Positions 42,878 to 53,307 of a DNA stretch of 64,000 nucleotides are shown one piece after another (within the stretch, counting starts at the first letter, position 1; the number at the start of each line of letters is the position of its first letter). Origin of the DNA: an uncultured Acidobacteriota bacterium (GTDB lineage: Bacteria > Acidobacteriota > Blastocatellia > RBC074); assembly GCA_963796275.1 (NCBI GenBank), contig CAWCKY010000006.1:2176001-2240000 (forward strand). The letters run 5' to 3'. The notes below the pieces were generated by a model. It ran no database searches. It was not told the origin of the DNA and was given only the letters and a program-made list of their open reading frames with translations. The position numbers and the translations under genes are program-made.

Positions 42878-43348
42878 ATGCGTGAGCTATCGAGCATAAT
42901 TGCCAGCGGTTTTATCAATACCTATCGCGATTGCGGAGAGAAGGTTCGCACCCTCTCGGAGAAACTCTCGGAACAAGAATTTTGGACGAAGCCCTATCCA
43001 TACGGAAATAGCTTCGGGCACCTGACCCTCCATATCATCGGGAACCTGAATTACTTCATCGGCGCGCAGATCGCCCGGACGGGATATGTGCGGGATCGGG
43101 ATCGGGAATTCACCGAGGCGGACCCTCCAACGAAAGCGGAAGTTTTGCAACGACTTGATGATGCGGTGGAGTTGGTGGTCAATACGCTTCAAGCGCAGTC
43201 AACAGATGACTGGGGAGCTGAATATAGTGCAAAAGGTTGGGATGCTTTGAATGATCGGTTCACGACCTTCCTGCGATGTGCGGCTCATTTTCAACATCAT
43301 ATCGGACAGATGATATATCTCACTAATGAACACAAGAATGAGGATTGA
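42878..43348 (+). CDS. DinB-family protein
   Basis: NSFGHLTLHIIGN, RDRDREF and HFQHHIGQ. Confidence 0.85.
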   Translation: MRELSSIIASGFINTYRDCGEKVRTLSEKLSEQEFWTKPYPYGNSFGHLTLHIIGNLNYFIGAQIARTGYVRDRDREFTEADPPTKAEVLQRLDDAVELVVNTLQAQSTDDWGAEYSAKGWDALNDRFTTFLRCAAHFQHHIGQMIYLTNEHKNED

Positions 43349-43392
43349 ATCACGGTGTAGCAATTAAGTAAGCGAAATCGCCCGTCGCGAGT

Positions 43393-43469
43393 TCGCGTTT
43401 GGAGTTCCGCGTTTACGCGGTCTTCTTCTTTCGATTGATTTCTGACCGCCTGAAGACAGAACCTCCGAA
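43393..43469. repeat. Single REPIN doublet (same family as the 24-kb array)
   Basis: GGAGTTCCGCGTTTACGCGGTC ... GACCGCCTGAAG between convergent genes. Confidence 0.8.
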
Positions 43470-43529
43470 TAAGTTCCGAGTTGCTGCCATTTTCCGCAGC
43501 GAATGGTTGGTAGAAGAAATTTAGCCAGC

Positions 43530-43895
43530 TCATATCCAGACGTTGTCTTCTGCTGTCATATCACCGCCCGCGTCCCCCGTGTTGATCGTACCAATGGGTT
43601 CAACGATCAGTATCTTGCATTCACTCTCAGCCGCGGGTTTGTGCTCGATGCCCTTGGGGACGACAAACATCTCACCCGCTTTGAGGTCGACTCTTCCATC
43701 ACGCAACTCAATTGTCATCTCACCTTCAATCACTATAAAGACCTCGTCCGTCTTGGCGTGATTGTGCCAGACAAACTCGCCCTGTATTTTGACCAATTTG
43801 TACTGGTAGTCATTCATCTGCGCGATCACCTTAGGCGCCCAGTGATCCGAAAATTTAGCCAGCTTTTCGTGCAAACGAATTGCTTCGTATTTCAT
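43530..43895 (-). CDS. Cupin-domain protein
   Basis: [13 protein letters not shown] and [10 protein letters not shown]. Confidence 0.9.
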   Translation of the reverse strand: MKYEAIRLHEKLAKFSDHWAPKVIAQMNDYQYKLVKIQGEFVWHNHAKTDEVFIVIEGEMTIELRDGRVDLKAGEMFVVPKGIEHKPAAESECKILIVEPIGTINTGDAGGDMTAEDNVWI

Positions 43896-44079
43896 AAATT
43901 CCTTTCAGCCTAATGGATGATTACAACCGGATCGAATATATATAATATATATATATATATCACAACGGATGCTCGACCAGGGGGAACGCGAAGAACACGA
44001 GGTAAACCACAACCCGTCAAATTCTCCGCGCCTCCCCATGAAAGCGTCAGACAATACGGATAGCCGCCGTCGAATGCGG

Positions 44080-45300
44080 TTATGTATCCAGATCGCCGGC
44101 TGGTCCGAAGAACTCATAGTGGATCTGGGCCGGCTCCACCTTCCAGGCTTTGAGGGTCCGATAAATTGATTGCATAAATGGACGAGGGCCACAGAAATAA
44201 TAGTCACAATCCAGATGCGGCAATATACTCTCCAACCACTCGGCCGTGATCAAGCCGGTCCGATCGCAATGCTTCCCGCTCAGATCTTCGGCATCCGGTT
44301 CGCTATAACAAATATAGACGTGAACATTGGGATGGGAGGCTGCCAGTTTTTTTATCTGATCGTGCATCGCATGAGTGCGCCGATTGAGAGCGCCGTGAAT
44401 AAACCAGGTTTCCAGTTTCGGATATTGCTGACAGATTGTCTTCAACATACTGACCATCGGAGTCAGACCAACACCGCCGCTGAGAAGTACCACCGGGCGT
44501 CGGGTTTCGGGATCGAGAACGAAATTGCCCATCGGTGCGCGCAATTGAAGTTCCATGCCCGGCTGATAATGGTCGTGCAGATAACATGAGACCAATCCGT
44601 CAGGCATTTCAGCACCGCCGGCCGGCCGCCGCTCCCTCTTGATGCTGATTCGGTAATATTGCTCATTCGGGCTATCGGACAGACTGTAATTGCGCGTCAC
44701 AACGTCGCCACCGGGAAAGTCGATTTTGACTGTAATATATTGGCCGGGTTTATGAGCCGCGATCTTTCCCCCATCCTTGGGTTTCAGATAGAACGAGGTG
44801 ATGACTTCGCTCTCTTTCACCTTTTTGTCCAGCACGAATGTGCGGTAATCGGCCCAACCGCCATTCTGATCTTCCGCTTGTTGATAGAGCTTGCGCTCCG
44901 CCTGCACCAGGATGTCTGCCAGAAATTCATATGCTTCTTTCCAGGCAGCAACCTGCGCTTCATCAATCTGCAAAACATCTCTGAGAGCCTGGATCAGGTG
45001 GGCGCCCACAATCCCGTAATGCTCTGGCTTCACACCCAGCGAGGCATGTTTATTGGCGATCAGCTCTACTGCACCCGTCAAAGCTCCCAAGTTATCGATA
45101 TTCGCAGCATATGCCTGTATCGAGCGCGCCAAAGCGAGCTGCTGGCTCTGGCGCGTCTGATTCGCTCGATTGAATAGAGGCAGTACCTCCGGATTTTTGG
45201 CGAACAGCAGATCGTACATCCGAAGGGTCACATCCAGCGCTCGATCTGCAAGCACCGGCGCTGACGCCTTCACTATCTCGACTGTTTTTTGAGTCAACAT
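44080..45300 (-). CDS. hmp: Flavohemoglobin (NO dioxygenase)
   Basis: Globin (YAANIDNL, KHASL, HY.IVG), PGQY, RNYSL, GGVGLTP, CGP and EFFGP. Confidence 0.95.
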   Translation of the reverse strand: MLTQKTVEIVKASAPVLADRALDVTLRMYDLLFAKNPEVLPLFNRANQTRQSQQLALARSIQAYAANIDNLGALTGAVELIANKHASLGVKPEHYGIVGAHLIQALRDVLQIDEAQVAAWKEAYEFLADILVQAERKLYQQAEDQNGGWADYRTFVLDKKVKESEVITSFYLKPKDGGKIAAHKPGQYITVKIDFPGGDVVTRNYSLSDSPNEQYYRISIKRERRPAGGAEMPDGLVSCYLHDHYQPGMELQLRAPMGNFVLDPETRRPVVLLSGGVGLTPMVSMLKTICQQYPKLETWFIHGALNRRTHAMHDQIKKLAASHPNVHVYICYSEPDAEDLSGKHCDRTGLITAEWLESILPHLDCDYYFCGPRPFMQSIYRTLKAWKVEPAQIHYEFFGPAGDLDT

Positions 45301-45345
45301 TTTGACGCTCCTCAATTGATGTTTGATTGCACACATTTAATATAT

Positions 45346-45395
45346 AATGTGCATTTTATATACATATTTGAAAATATGTATACAGAATGCATATT
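45346..45395. promoter_or_regulatory. Two tandem NsrR-type 11-1-11 operators
   Basis: AATGTGCATTTTATATACATATT (45346-45368) and AATATGTATACAGAATGCATATT (45373-45395) resemble AAnATGCATTTnAAATGCATnTT, between divergent hmp and nsrR. Confidence 0.75.
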
Positions 45396-45423
45396 CAGAT
45401 TGTCAATTGATAAATGGGACATT

Positions 45424-45843
45424 ATGCAACTCACGCTATTCTCCGACTATTCGCTACGGACGCTCATGTACCTGGCCACGCATGAGGGGCGATTATGTAC
45501 CGCGCGGGAGATTTCCGAGCGATATGGTATTTCCCAAAATCATGTGGTGAAGATCATACATAACTTATCCAGGCTGGGTTATATCAGGAGCGTCAAAGGG
45601 AAAGGCGGGGGCATTGGGCTCTTGAAAAAACCCGGAGAGATCAATCTTCGCAGTTTGATTATCGCGCTCGAAACCAATCTCACGCTGGTAGAATGTTTCG
45701 ATAATGAAGGAAACACCTGTAGGATCGTGGCTGAATGCAAATTAAAGAAGGTTTTGCGGGATGCTCTGAAAGCATTTCTTGATACGCTGGGAGAATATAC
45801 GCTCGCCGATCTGGTCATCAAACCGAAGTTGTTCTACGGATGA
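45424..45843 (+). CDS. nsrR: Rrf2-family NO-responsive repressor NsrR
   Basis: MQLTLFSDYSLR, GKGGG and three Cys (ECF...TC...EC). Divergent from hmp. Confidence 0.88.
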   Translation: MQLTLFSDYSLRTLMYLATHEGRLCTAREISERYGISQNHVVKIIHNLSRLGYIRSVKGKGGGIGLLKKPGEINLRSLIIALETNLTLVECFDNEGNTCRIVAECKLKKVLRDALKAFLDTLGEYTLADLVIKPKLFYG

Positions 45844-45944
45844 AATAGTTGCGCTATTTTTCAAGGGCAATCAGGCGGTACTTCGAACTTTTCTGTAGTC
45901 GAGCGATGCCCGGAAACCACGGCAATCGTTTGGGGGTGACCGAG

Positions 45945-47039
45945 ATGGCGACGGCGGTACTTATAATTGCCAGCATTGCACTGATCCTGATTGTGTTGTG
46001 GGATGCATTTGAGTCGGTCGTCTTACCACGGCGAGTGACCCGGCGCTTCCGCCTGACCAATGTCTTCTATCGTTCCACCTGGCGACTCTATGCCGCGATC
46101 GCACGGCGCCTGAATTCAAGCGAAAGGCGTGAAACCTACCTGGGATTCTATGGACCACTTTCACTGATCTTCTTAATCGTCTTCTGGGTGATCAGCCTGG
46201 TTATCGGCTTCGCCGTGCTGCAATGGGCCGTCGGCTCTCCGCTCAGAGAGCCGAAAGGGATGACCTCTTTTTCCACCTACTTATATCTCAGTAGCACTAC
46301 TTTCTTTACATTCGATTATGGAGATGTGCTGCCGCTGCGAAATGTCGGAAGATTGCTGGCGGTCCTGGAGGCAGGCATTGGCTACGGGTTTCTGGCGATT
46401 ATCATCGCATATCTCCCGGTAGTCTATCAGGCGTTTTCACGACGTGAGGTCAATATCTCGCTCCTCGACGCGCGCGCGGGCTCGCCGCCCAGCGTATGCG
46501 AATTATTGCGCCGTCATAGTCATGACGGAGGGATGGCAAATCTCGATCGGCTGCTCCACGATTGGGAGCGGTGGACGGCGGAGTTACTGGAGAGTCATCT
46601 CTCCTACCCGCTTTTATGTTATTACCGCTCGCAACACGACAACCAATCATGGCTCTCGTCTTTGACGGCGATCCTCGATACCTGTGCCCTGGTCATGGTC
46701 GGTCTGAAGGGCGGTCCAGTAAGGCAATCTCGGTTAACCTTCGCCATAGCTCGACACACGATCGTCGACCTGGCGCAGACATTCAAGACGATGCCGCGGG
46801 AACCAGTTCCCGATCGATTGCCGGCGGCTGAGTTGGAGCGGCTGCTCTCCTGCTTGAAAACGTTCGGCATCTCATTTGATGATACAGAGGAGGTAAGAGA
46901 GAGGCTGATTGAGTTACGCGATCAGTACGAGCCCTATCTCGATGCTCTGGCTCAGAATTTCTTGATAACGCTTCCACCCTGGGTTGCAGAGACTGAAAAC
47001 GAAGATAACTGGGAGAGATCGGTAAAAGATTTATCTTGA
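45945..47039 (+). CDS. Potassium-channel-family (ion_trans_2) membrane protein
   Basis: TM helices around YLSSTTFFTFDYGDVLP, then EAGIG, AFSRRE and ESHLSYP.L.YYRS. Confidence 0.8.
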   Translation: MATAVLIIASIALILIVLWDAFESVVLPRRVTRRFRLTNVFYRSTWRLYAAIARRLNSSERRETYLGFYGPLSLIFLIVFWVISLVIGFAVLQWAVGSPLREPKGMTSFSTYLYLSSTTFFTFDYGDVLPLRNVGRLLAVLEAGIGYGFLAIIIAYLPVVYQAFSRREVNISLLDARAGSPPSVCELLRRHSHDGGMANLDRLLHDWERWTAELLESHLSYPLLCYYRSQHDNQSWLSSLTAILDTCALVMVGLKGGPVRQSRLTFAIARHTIVDLAQTFKTMPREPVPDRLPAAELERLLSCLKTFGISFDDTEEVRERLIELRDQYEPYLDALAQNFLITLPPWVAETENEDNWERSVKDLS

Positions 47040-47114
47040 TTGTTCATTCATTTTTCGCCAAACGGATAAAGATCTAAACGACGATCAGCGCTGTTGAGAT
47101 CTGTGGGGAATACT

Positions 47115-47720
47115 ATGAAATATGACTTTCTGGTCGAAAATTACGAGACTGAGCGAATTAAAATTGTCAGCGTATGGAGCGAATTCAGAGACGATGATCT
47201 TATTGTTCGCCCCCGTGATGATGATCCGAGAGGACGTAGCGTCCGCGAGCAGATGGTACATCAGTGTGTGAGTGAGGATATCTGGTTTCGCACCATGCTC
47301 GGCATCGACGTGAACGCCCCTCCCTTGCCCGTGCCGGAGACCCGCCTGGATTTCATCAAAAGGTATGCGGAGGACAGCGGGAAACGACTTGATGCGCTTC
47401 GTCGAACGAATGATCTATGGTGGGAAGAAGAGACGGATTTCTTTGATGTTCGCCGCTCGCGCGCGTGGGTAATGACTCGGCGCCTTACCCATACATCTCA
47501 TCATCGCGGGCAACAGATGGCGATGCTTCGTATGTTGGGTCGTGATCTGCACAGTAATTACGGGCCTACCGCAGATACCGGTGGTTTGATGCAGAATAAA
47601 GCCCCGACGATTTACGCCTACTCCGGCCTGAACTCGCTCCTCGAAGGTGAAGCCAGTGGAGGGGCCAAAGCCGATCTGCCCGGGTCAGGAGGAAAGTCTG
47701 TCACCGAACGACCTGATTGA
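47115..47720 (+). CDS. DinB-family protein
   Basis: RSVREQMVHQ, HTSHHRGQ and YGPTAD. Confidence 0.85.
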   Translation: MKYDFLVENYETERIKIVSVWSEFRDDDLIVRPRDDDPRGRSVREQMVHQCVSEDIWFRTMLGIDVNAPPLPVPETRLDFIKRYAEDSGKRLDALRRTNDLWWEEETDFFDVRRSRAWVMTRRLTHTSHHRGQQMAMLRMLGRDLHSNYGPTADTGGLMQNKAPTIYAYSGLNSLLEGEASGGAKADLPGSGGKSVTERPD

Positions 47721-47938
47721 GCAGGGGCAGGAGCGAGATATTCGTGCCATGCGAATACTTAGAATTTTAAACGCCGATCGGCATTTTCTTTCTGCCGGTG
47801 GCATCATTTAAGAGTCGGTGAGTTCAAGTTGGTGCCGAATTGTTGTAGCTTATTAGGGCATCGCGTGTGAAGAAGAAATCTCACACCGATCGTCGATCTC
47901 ATCAAGATTTGAACAATGAAACTGTTTATGGAGGTTTA

Positions 47939-48400
47939 ATGCGCACTCTGCTTACAATCTTGTGTTCTATCGTTCTTGTCGCGACTCTGTTGGCGCAAGA
48001 CAATACCGGCCGCGCTGATGAGGCGGCTATCCGCGATGTCGTGAGTAAATATGTCGATGCGCGCGAGAAGATCGACCCGAAGGCAGTCGAGCAACTGTTC
48101 ACAAGCGACGCCGACCAACTGGTGTCGTCAGGCGAATGGCGAAGAGGGCGCGAAGCCGTCGTGCGGGGCACGATGGCGAGTTCGAGCAGCACGGGAGGGA
48201 AGCGCACGATTACCGTGGAGTCAGTCCGGTTGGTGACGCCCGATGTTGCGATCGCCGATGGGCGTTATCAACTGACTGGCCTTGCTGGAGATGCCACCCG
48301 GAATATGTGGACGACGCTGGTGCTGAAAAAGACCGAGAAAGGCTGGCGCATCTCGGCAATTCGGAACATGTTGCCCGCTGCGCCGGCGCCGGGTCGGTGA
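47939..48400 (+). CDS. Exported SgcJ/EcaC-like (DUF4440, NTF2 fold) protein
   Basis: Signal peptide, [20 protein letters not shown] and GWRI.A. Confidence 0.82.
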   Translation: MRTLLTILCSIVLVATLLAQDNTGRADEAAIRDVVSKYVDAREKIDPKAVEQLFTSDADQLVSSGEWRRGREAVVRGTMASSSSTGGKRTITVESVRLVTPDVAIADGRYQLTGLAGDATRNMWTTLVLKKTEKGWRISAIRNMLPAAPAPGR

Positions 48401-48768
48401 GCGAATTGCGCAATTACCCACTGGTAATCCCTAGTTAATTTGTTAGAATCGCCCTGACTCTGGTATTTCATACTTTATCAACAAGATAAGAAAAAGTGGT
48501 TTCGCAGGAATATTGCTCTGCTTCCAACCTTTGGAATCCGATCTGCCAAAGCCGAACAAGAGCCTATATACGGGCTTCTTATTTAGATACACAGCTCATA
48601 TTTGTTTCTCACCACGATTAGCCTTGTATAATCTCATTTGCTGATGGGAAGCCCGAGATGATCGAATGGATTCGGCCATTATTTAGCCATTGGTCTGTAA
48701 TCAAAATTCAATCTGCGATCTCAAGCCAAATATGTCGGGAAAGGAATCAGGAGCGGAGGATATACAGA

Positions 48769-50772
48769 ATGAAGGTGAGCGATCTGCTAGAAGGCGAACT
48801 ACGGGGAGATGACCTCACCGGGCGAACGCGCATGCCGGAAAGTATTATCGAAGAACTAAGTATCTCGGATGAAAACGGGGTGATTTACATTACCCATCCG
48901 GATAAAGGCGAAAAGTTCGATCGAATGGGCAATGAGTTCGTCAGCGAGCAATTCAGTAAGAGTTTGCGCCCGCCTGAAGAAATGGGACGGATCGGCAAGG
49001 AATTTAGCGAACAATTGCGGATAACGGGATATTGGGAGAGGGAATGCATTGACAAGGAGAAAGATGGCGCCGTAATTGCAAGGTCCGCTCGACTCATCGG
49101 GCTTGAGTATGCTGGTAAAAAGTATTGGGTCCGCGTTCGAGGAGACATTACCGAACGTAAGAAGGACGAAATAGCACAGGCATACCTCGCAGCAATGGTG
49201 GAGTCATCTAACGATGCGATTATCGGTAAAACACTGCAAGGGATCATCACGAGCTGGAATATGGGCGCCGAAAAACTCTTCGGCTACACAGCATCGGAGA
49301 TGTTGGGACAGCCAATTACCGGTTTGATCCGACCTGATGGACGGGAGGAATCGGCCAATCAACTTGAGAGACTGGGACGAGGTGAACGGATTGAGAACTT
49401 TGAGACAGTGAGATTGAGGAAGGATGGAACGCCGGTCGATGTCTATATTACAGTATCACCGATCAATGATAGAAGTGGGCGAATTATCGGAGCGTCCGAA
49501 GTTGCGCGCGAGATCGGCGAGCGCAGGCTGGCCCAGGCGGAACGAGAAGAATTACTGATGAAGGAAGAAGCGGCTCGTGCCGAGGCACAGGCGGAAAATA
49601 ATGCCAAGGACGAAATCATCTCGCTGATCTCGCACGAATTGCGTTCGCCGCTCAATTCGATTCTCGGTTATAACCGCATGCTGCGCTCAAATCCGCATGA
49701 TGCGGAGCAGGTCAGCCAGACTTGCGACGTCATCGAGCGCGGTGCTCGCACGCAACTTCGCCTTCTTGAAGACCTGCTCGATACCTCGCGCATCATCAGC
49801 GGCAAACTGCGGCTCGACCCGCGCCCGACCGATCTCGTTCCGGTGCTCGCCGATGTTCTGGAGCTGATGCGTCCCATGGCAGAGGCGAAAGCCATCGTAC
49901 TGCGCGCGCGATATGACCTGAAACCGGAAATGGTCAATGGTGATCCGGTTCGGCTGCAGCAGGTGGTTGGTAATTTAATTGCAAATGCGATTAAGTTCAC
50001 GCCTGAGGGTGGACGCGTCGGGTTGTGCTTGGAACGCAGCGACGAAGAGATTCGTATCGTCGTCAACGATACGGGCGCAGGCATCGATCCGGAATTTCTT
50101 CCCCGCATCTTCGACCGTTTCAGCCAGGCCGATAGATCCATTTCGCGCTCGCACGGCGGTCTCGGTCTTGGCCTCGCGCTGGTGAAACATCTGGTCGAAA
50201 TGCACGGGGGCGGGGTCGAGGCTGCGAGCGAAGGTGTGGGGCTCGGTTCGACCTTCACTATTAAACTTCCGCCGTCCGTGCCGACCCTTTACTACAGTTT
50301 GGAATTGCCGGCTCTGCGGACTGAAGGCACGATCCCGTTACCTGAAATGGCGACAATTGAAGGCGTAAGCGTGCTGGCAGTAGATGATCAATCGGAGGCG
50401 CGCGAAGCGCTCGCCAGTTTTCTGAGCAACTGCGGCGCAATCGTGACGGCAGTCTCATCCGGCAGCGAGGCTTTGGCGATCCTGGCCGACCCACCGGGGG
50501 GCGATCGCCCTGATGTGCTCATTTGTGACATCGCCATGCCGGGTGAAGACGGCTACGCGGTGATGAAACGCATTCGGATGCTGGAAACAGCGCGCGGACT
50601 CAGAACCCCGCAGCGGATTCCTGCGATAGCTCTCACGGCGATGGCGAGTAGAGAGGACTGGGTGCGTGCGCTCAGCGCAGGATTCAATATGCACGTCGCC
50701 AAGCCAGTTGAACCCGCCGAACTGGTGATGATGATCGCCAGCCTCAAGGGAGAGCAGATCAAGAGAGCATAA
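48769..50772 (+). CDS. Cytoplasmic hybrid histidine kinase: degenerate PAS, PAS, HisKA, HATPase, REC
   Basis: SSNDAIIG..WN, SHELRSPL, NAIKFT, DTGAGI, GLGLGL, CDIAMP and KP. No TM segment. Confidence 0.92.
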   Translation: MKVSDLLEGELRGDDLTGRTRMPESIIEELSISDENGVIYITHPDKGEKFDRMGNEFVSEQFSKSLRPPEEMGRIGKEFSEQLRITGYWERECIDKEKDGAVIARSARLIGLEYAGKKYWVRVRGDITERKKDEIAQAYLAAMVESSNDAIIGKTLQGIITSWNMGAEKLFGYTASEMLGQPITGLIRPDGREESANQLERLGRGERIENFETVRLRKDGTPVDVYITVSPINDRSGRIIGASEVAREIGERRLAQAEREELLMKEEAARAEAQAENNAKDEIISLISHELRSPLNSILGYNRMLRSNPHDAEQVSQTCDVIERGARTQLRLLEDLLDTSRIISGKLRLDPRPTDLVPVLADVLELMRPMAEAKAIVLRARYDLKPEMVNGDPVRLQQVVGNLIANAIKFTPEGGRVGLCLERSDEEIRIVVNDTGAGIDPEFLPRIFDRFSQADRSISRSHGGLGLGLALVKHLVEMHGGGVEAASEGVGLGSTFTIKLPPSVPTLYYSLELPALRTEGTIPLPEMATIEGVSVLAVDDQSEAREALASFLSNCGAIVTAVSSGSEALAILADPPGGDRPDVLICDIAMPGEDGYAVMKRIRMLETARGLRTPQRIPAIALTAMASREDWVRALSAGFNMHVAKPVEPAELVMMIASLKGEQIKRA

Positions 50773-50859
50773 TTCAACCTAAAGTGATGGATCACCGCAA
50801 GAATGCGGTAAGAAAAGAAATTTATCTCAGATATTCCGTTGAAAACAGCGATAAGCTAT

Positions 50860-53268
50860 TTATTCAAATCGTCCGGCAAGACTGGCCACAACGGCGATCA
50901 ACTCATCTGGTTCTACGGGCTTCGGTAGGTGCGATTGAAAGCCTGCTGCAATCGCTTTCAGACAATCTTCTTTCCTGGTATACCCCGAAAGTGCGATAGC
51001 TGGTACGTTACCGCCTTGTTCGGGAGGCAGAGCTCTCACCTTGCGGATAAAGGAGTAACCATCTTCTTTCGGCATACCGATGTCGGAGATGAGGACATCT
51101 GGACTCCATTCGGCCAGGCCTATAAGCGCTTCATTTACGGATGCTACGCCTTTAACCTGAGCTCCATTTTTCTCAAGCATTATTGTGACCAAATTTAGGC
51201 CATCTTCTTCATCATCAACTATTAGCACTCGCAGATCTGCCAGGTTAGAGGCAACCCCTGGTATATCACTCTCGTTCCAGGCTTGAGCGAAATTTGGAGC
51301 AGTTTGATGACCTACCGGCTTTTCCCTCTGATCTTTGGCGGTTGAGAGTGGAAGCCGAACCGTAAAGATTGCTCCCTGTTCATCAGCGCGGGGGCTAGCT
51401 GTAACTGTCCCACCGTGCAGTTCGACGAGATGGCGAACGATTGACAGTCCCAAACCTAATCCACCATGAATGCGGGTGGTGGAGGAATCTTCCTGGCGAA
51501 AGCGGTCGAAGACATAAGGTAAAAACTCCGGCTTTATCCCCGGACCAGTATCAATTACTTTGATTTCTACGTGTGAATCATTATGTCCTGAAAGTATCTG
51601 TACAGAACCTCCTTGCGGGGTAAATTTGATAGCATTGGAGATGAGATTCCAGACAACTTGTTGCAGACGGTTGGCATCTCCAAGGGCGAGATTGACCTCG
51701 TGATCGAGCGATATCTGCAGTCTCACACCTTTGGCTTCCGCCGCCAGACGCATGGAATCAACCGCCGCTTCGATTACCGAAGGGATATACACTTGAGCCA
51801 TTTGGATGCTGAGCTTCCCGGTTATGATGCGAGATACATCAAGGATATCTTCGATAATCCGCTGCTGCGCCTGGGCATTGCTCTCGATGATCTCGGCTGC
51901 CCGCAGAGCGCTCTCCGCATCCAGCATTCCGAGTCGCAGAAGACGCGCCCATCCGAGCATGGCGTGCAACGGAGCGCGCAGTTCATGGGAAACGGTTGCG
52001 AGAAACTCGTCTTTCAGACGATTGGCCGTCTCGGCCTCGGCACGCGCCTTCCGCTCGACCGTATACAAGCGGGCATTGTCGATGGCGACGGCAGCCTGAG
52101 CGGCTAATCCTGCGGCAATCTGCTCCGAACTGTCGGAAAAGATCCCGGGCTCAGAATGGGCGAGGAAGAGCCCACCTAGCACTTTGCCCGAACGGGAAAT
52201 GACAGGTATAGCCAGGTAACTAGTTACCGGCAAATGTTTAGACGGAATCCCGTAAAATGGTGAGTTTTTACCATAACGTGAATCTTTCTTCACGTCATCA
52301 ACGCGCACAATACCTTCGCCGCAAAACGTCGGGTCAAAAATCTCCGTGACTCGCGACAAGGTGAAATGGGCCAGGCGCTCGCGTGGGGCCCCGGAGAACG
52401 TGTGGAGCATTGATGAATCGCCCATTTCGTTCAGAACATTATAGAAGAAGGCGCCGATTTGGGCCCCTGCCAATTCAGTCGCAGCATCAGTGATAGATTG
52501 CACCAACTTTTCCAGGTTGAGCTCGGCTGAGAGCATCCGCCCGGTCTTGTTAACCGTCTCGATGATCTCTCGCTCTTCTTCCAGCTGTCCCTGGATTCTC
52601 GTACGCTCGACGATCTCAGCTTGCAGCTCTGCGTTCGCTCTTGCCAAATCCGAGGTTCGTTGCTGGACTCTTACTTCCAACTCGTCGTGCGCTCTTCTCA
52701 GCGCCTCCTCCGACTCCTTGAGCTGACTGATATCGAACGCTACTCCGTGAACGAACCATGGTCGCCCATCGTCGTGCCGTACCATCTTGGCTTCACAACG
52801 AAACCAAACCACATGTCCATCGCGCGCCAATATTCGATAGACGGATTGCAGCGGCTCGCCTGAAAGGAGCAGACGTGCGGCTTCTTTATTCCAACGTGCT
52901 TTATCCTCGGGATGTATCTGACGATACCAGCGCACCGGATCGTTGAGCCATTCCTGCTGCGTGAAGCCAAGCATCGGCTCGATTTGTGGGTTGATGTAAG
53001 CCTCGCTGATTCCTTTATCGAGGAAAGCCATGAAAACGATGGCGGGAATTTGCTCCAGGAGGGTCCGGTATTTAGCCTCGATGTCTGTCGATGGGGCTGC
53101 TACGACAGTCGCCCTCATTAGCTGCCTGATCGTCTCGCTGTCCGGTTCTAGGATGCTGAAATCAGATGAAGAAAACACTCGCGCAAGCCCGTCAAGAATG
53201 GCGACAGCTTCTGAAGGGCTGACAGGATTGTTATCTTCAAAAGAATTATTCGGCTGTCCGTTTCGCAT
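50860..53268 (-). CDS. Cytoplasmic hybrid histidine kinase: N-terminal extension, PAS, coiled coil, GAF, HisKA, HATPase, REC
   Basis: IHPED/DIS PAS motifs, SYLAIPV...AAVAIDNA (GAF), SHELRAPL, NAIKFT and SDIGMP. Starts about 40 bp after the second small-subunit gene. Confidence 0.93.
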   Translation of the reverse strand: MRNGQPNNSFEDNNPVSPSEAVAILDGLARVFSSSDFSILEPDSETIRQLMRATVVAAPSTDIEAKYRTLLEQIPAIVFMAFLDKGISEAYINPQIEPMLGFTQQEWLNDPVRWYRQIHPEDKARWNKEAARLLLSGEPLQSVYRILARDGHVVWFRCEAKMVRHDDGRPWFVHGVAFDISQLKESEEALRRAHDELEVRVQQRTSDLARANAELQAEIVERTRIQGQLEEEREIIETVNKTGRMLSAELNLEKLVQSITDAATELAGAQIGAFFYNVLNEMGDSSMLHTFSGAPRERLAHFTLSRVTEIFDPTFCGEGIVRVDDVKKDSRYGKNSPFYGIPSKHLPVTSYLAIPVISRSGKVLGGLFLAHSEPGIFSDSSEQIAAGLAAQAAVAIDNARLYTVERKARAEAETANRLKDEFLATVSHELRAPLHAMLGWARLLRLGMLDAESALRAAEIIESNAQAQQRIIEDILDVSRIITGKLSIQMAQVYIPSVIEAAVDSMRLAAEAKGVRLQISLDHEVNLALGDANRLQQVVWNLISNAIKFTPQGGSVQILSGHNDSHVEIKVIDTGPGIKPEFLPYVFDRFRQEDSSTTRIHGGLGLGLSIVRHLVELHGGTVTASPRADEQGAIFTVRLPLSTAKDQREKPVGHQTAPNFAQAWNESDIPGVASNLADLRVLIVDDEEDGLNLVTIMLEKNGAQVKGVASVNEALIGLAEWSPDVLISDIGMPKEDGYSFIRKVRALPPEQGGNVPAIALSGYTRKEDCLKAIAAGFQSHLPKPVEPDELIAVVASLAGRFE

Positions 53269-53307
53269 AATGTCTGTATCGACGCGTGACTTTTATTTAC
53301 TCGACTA

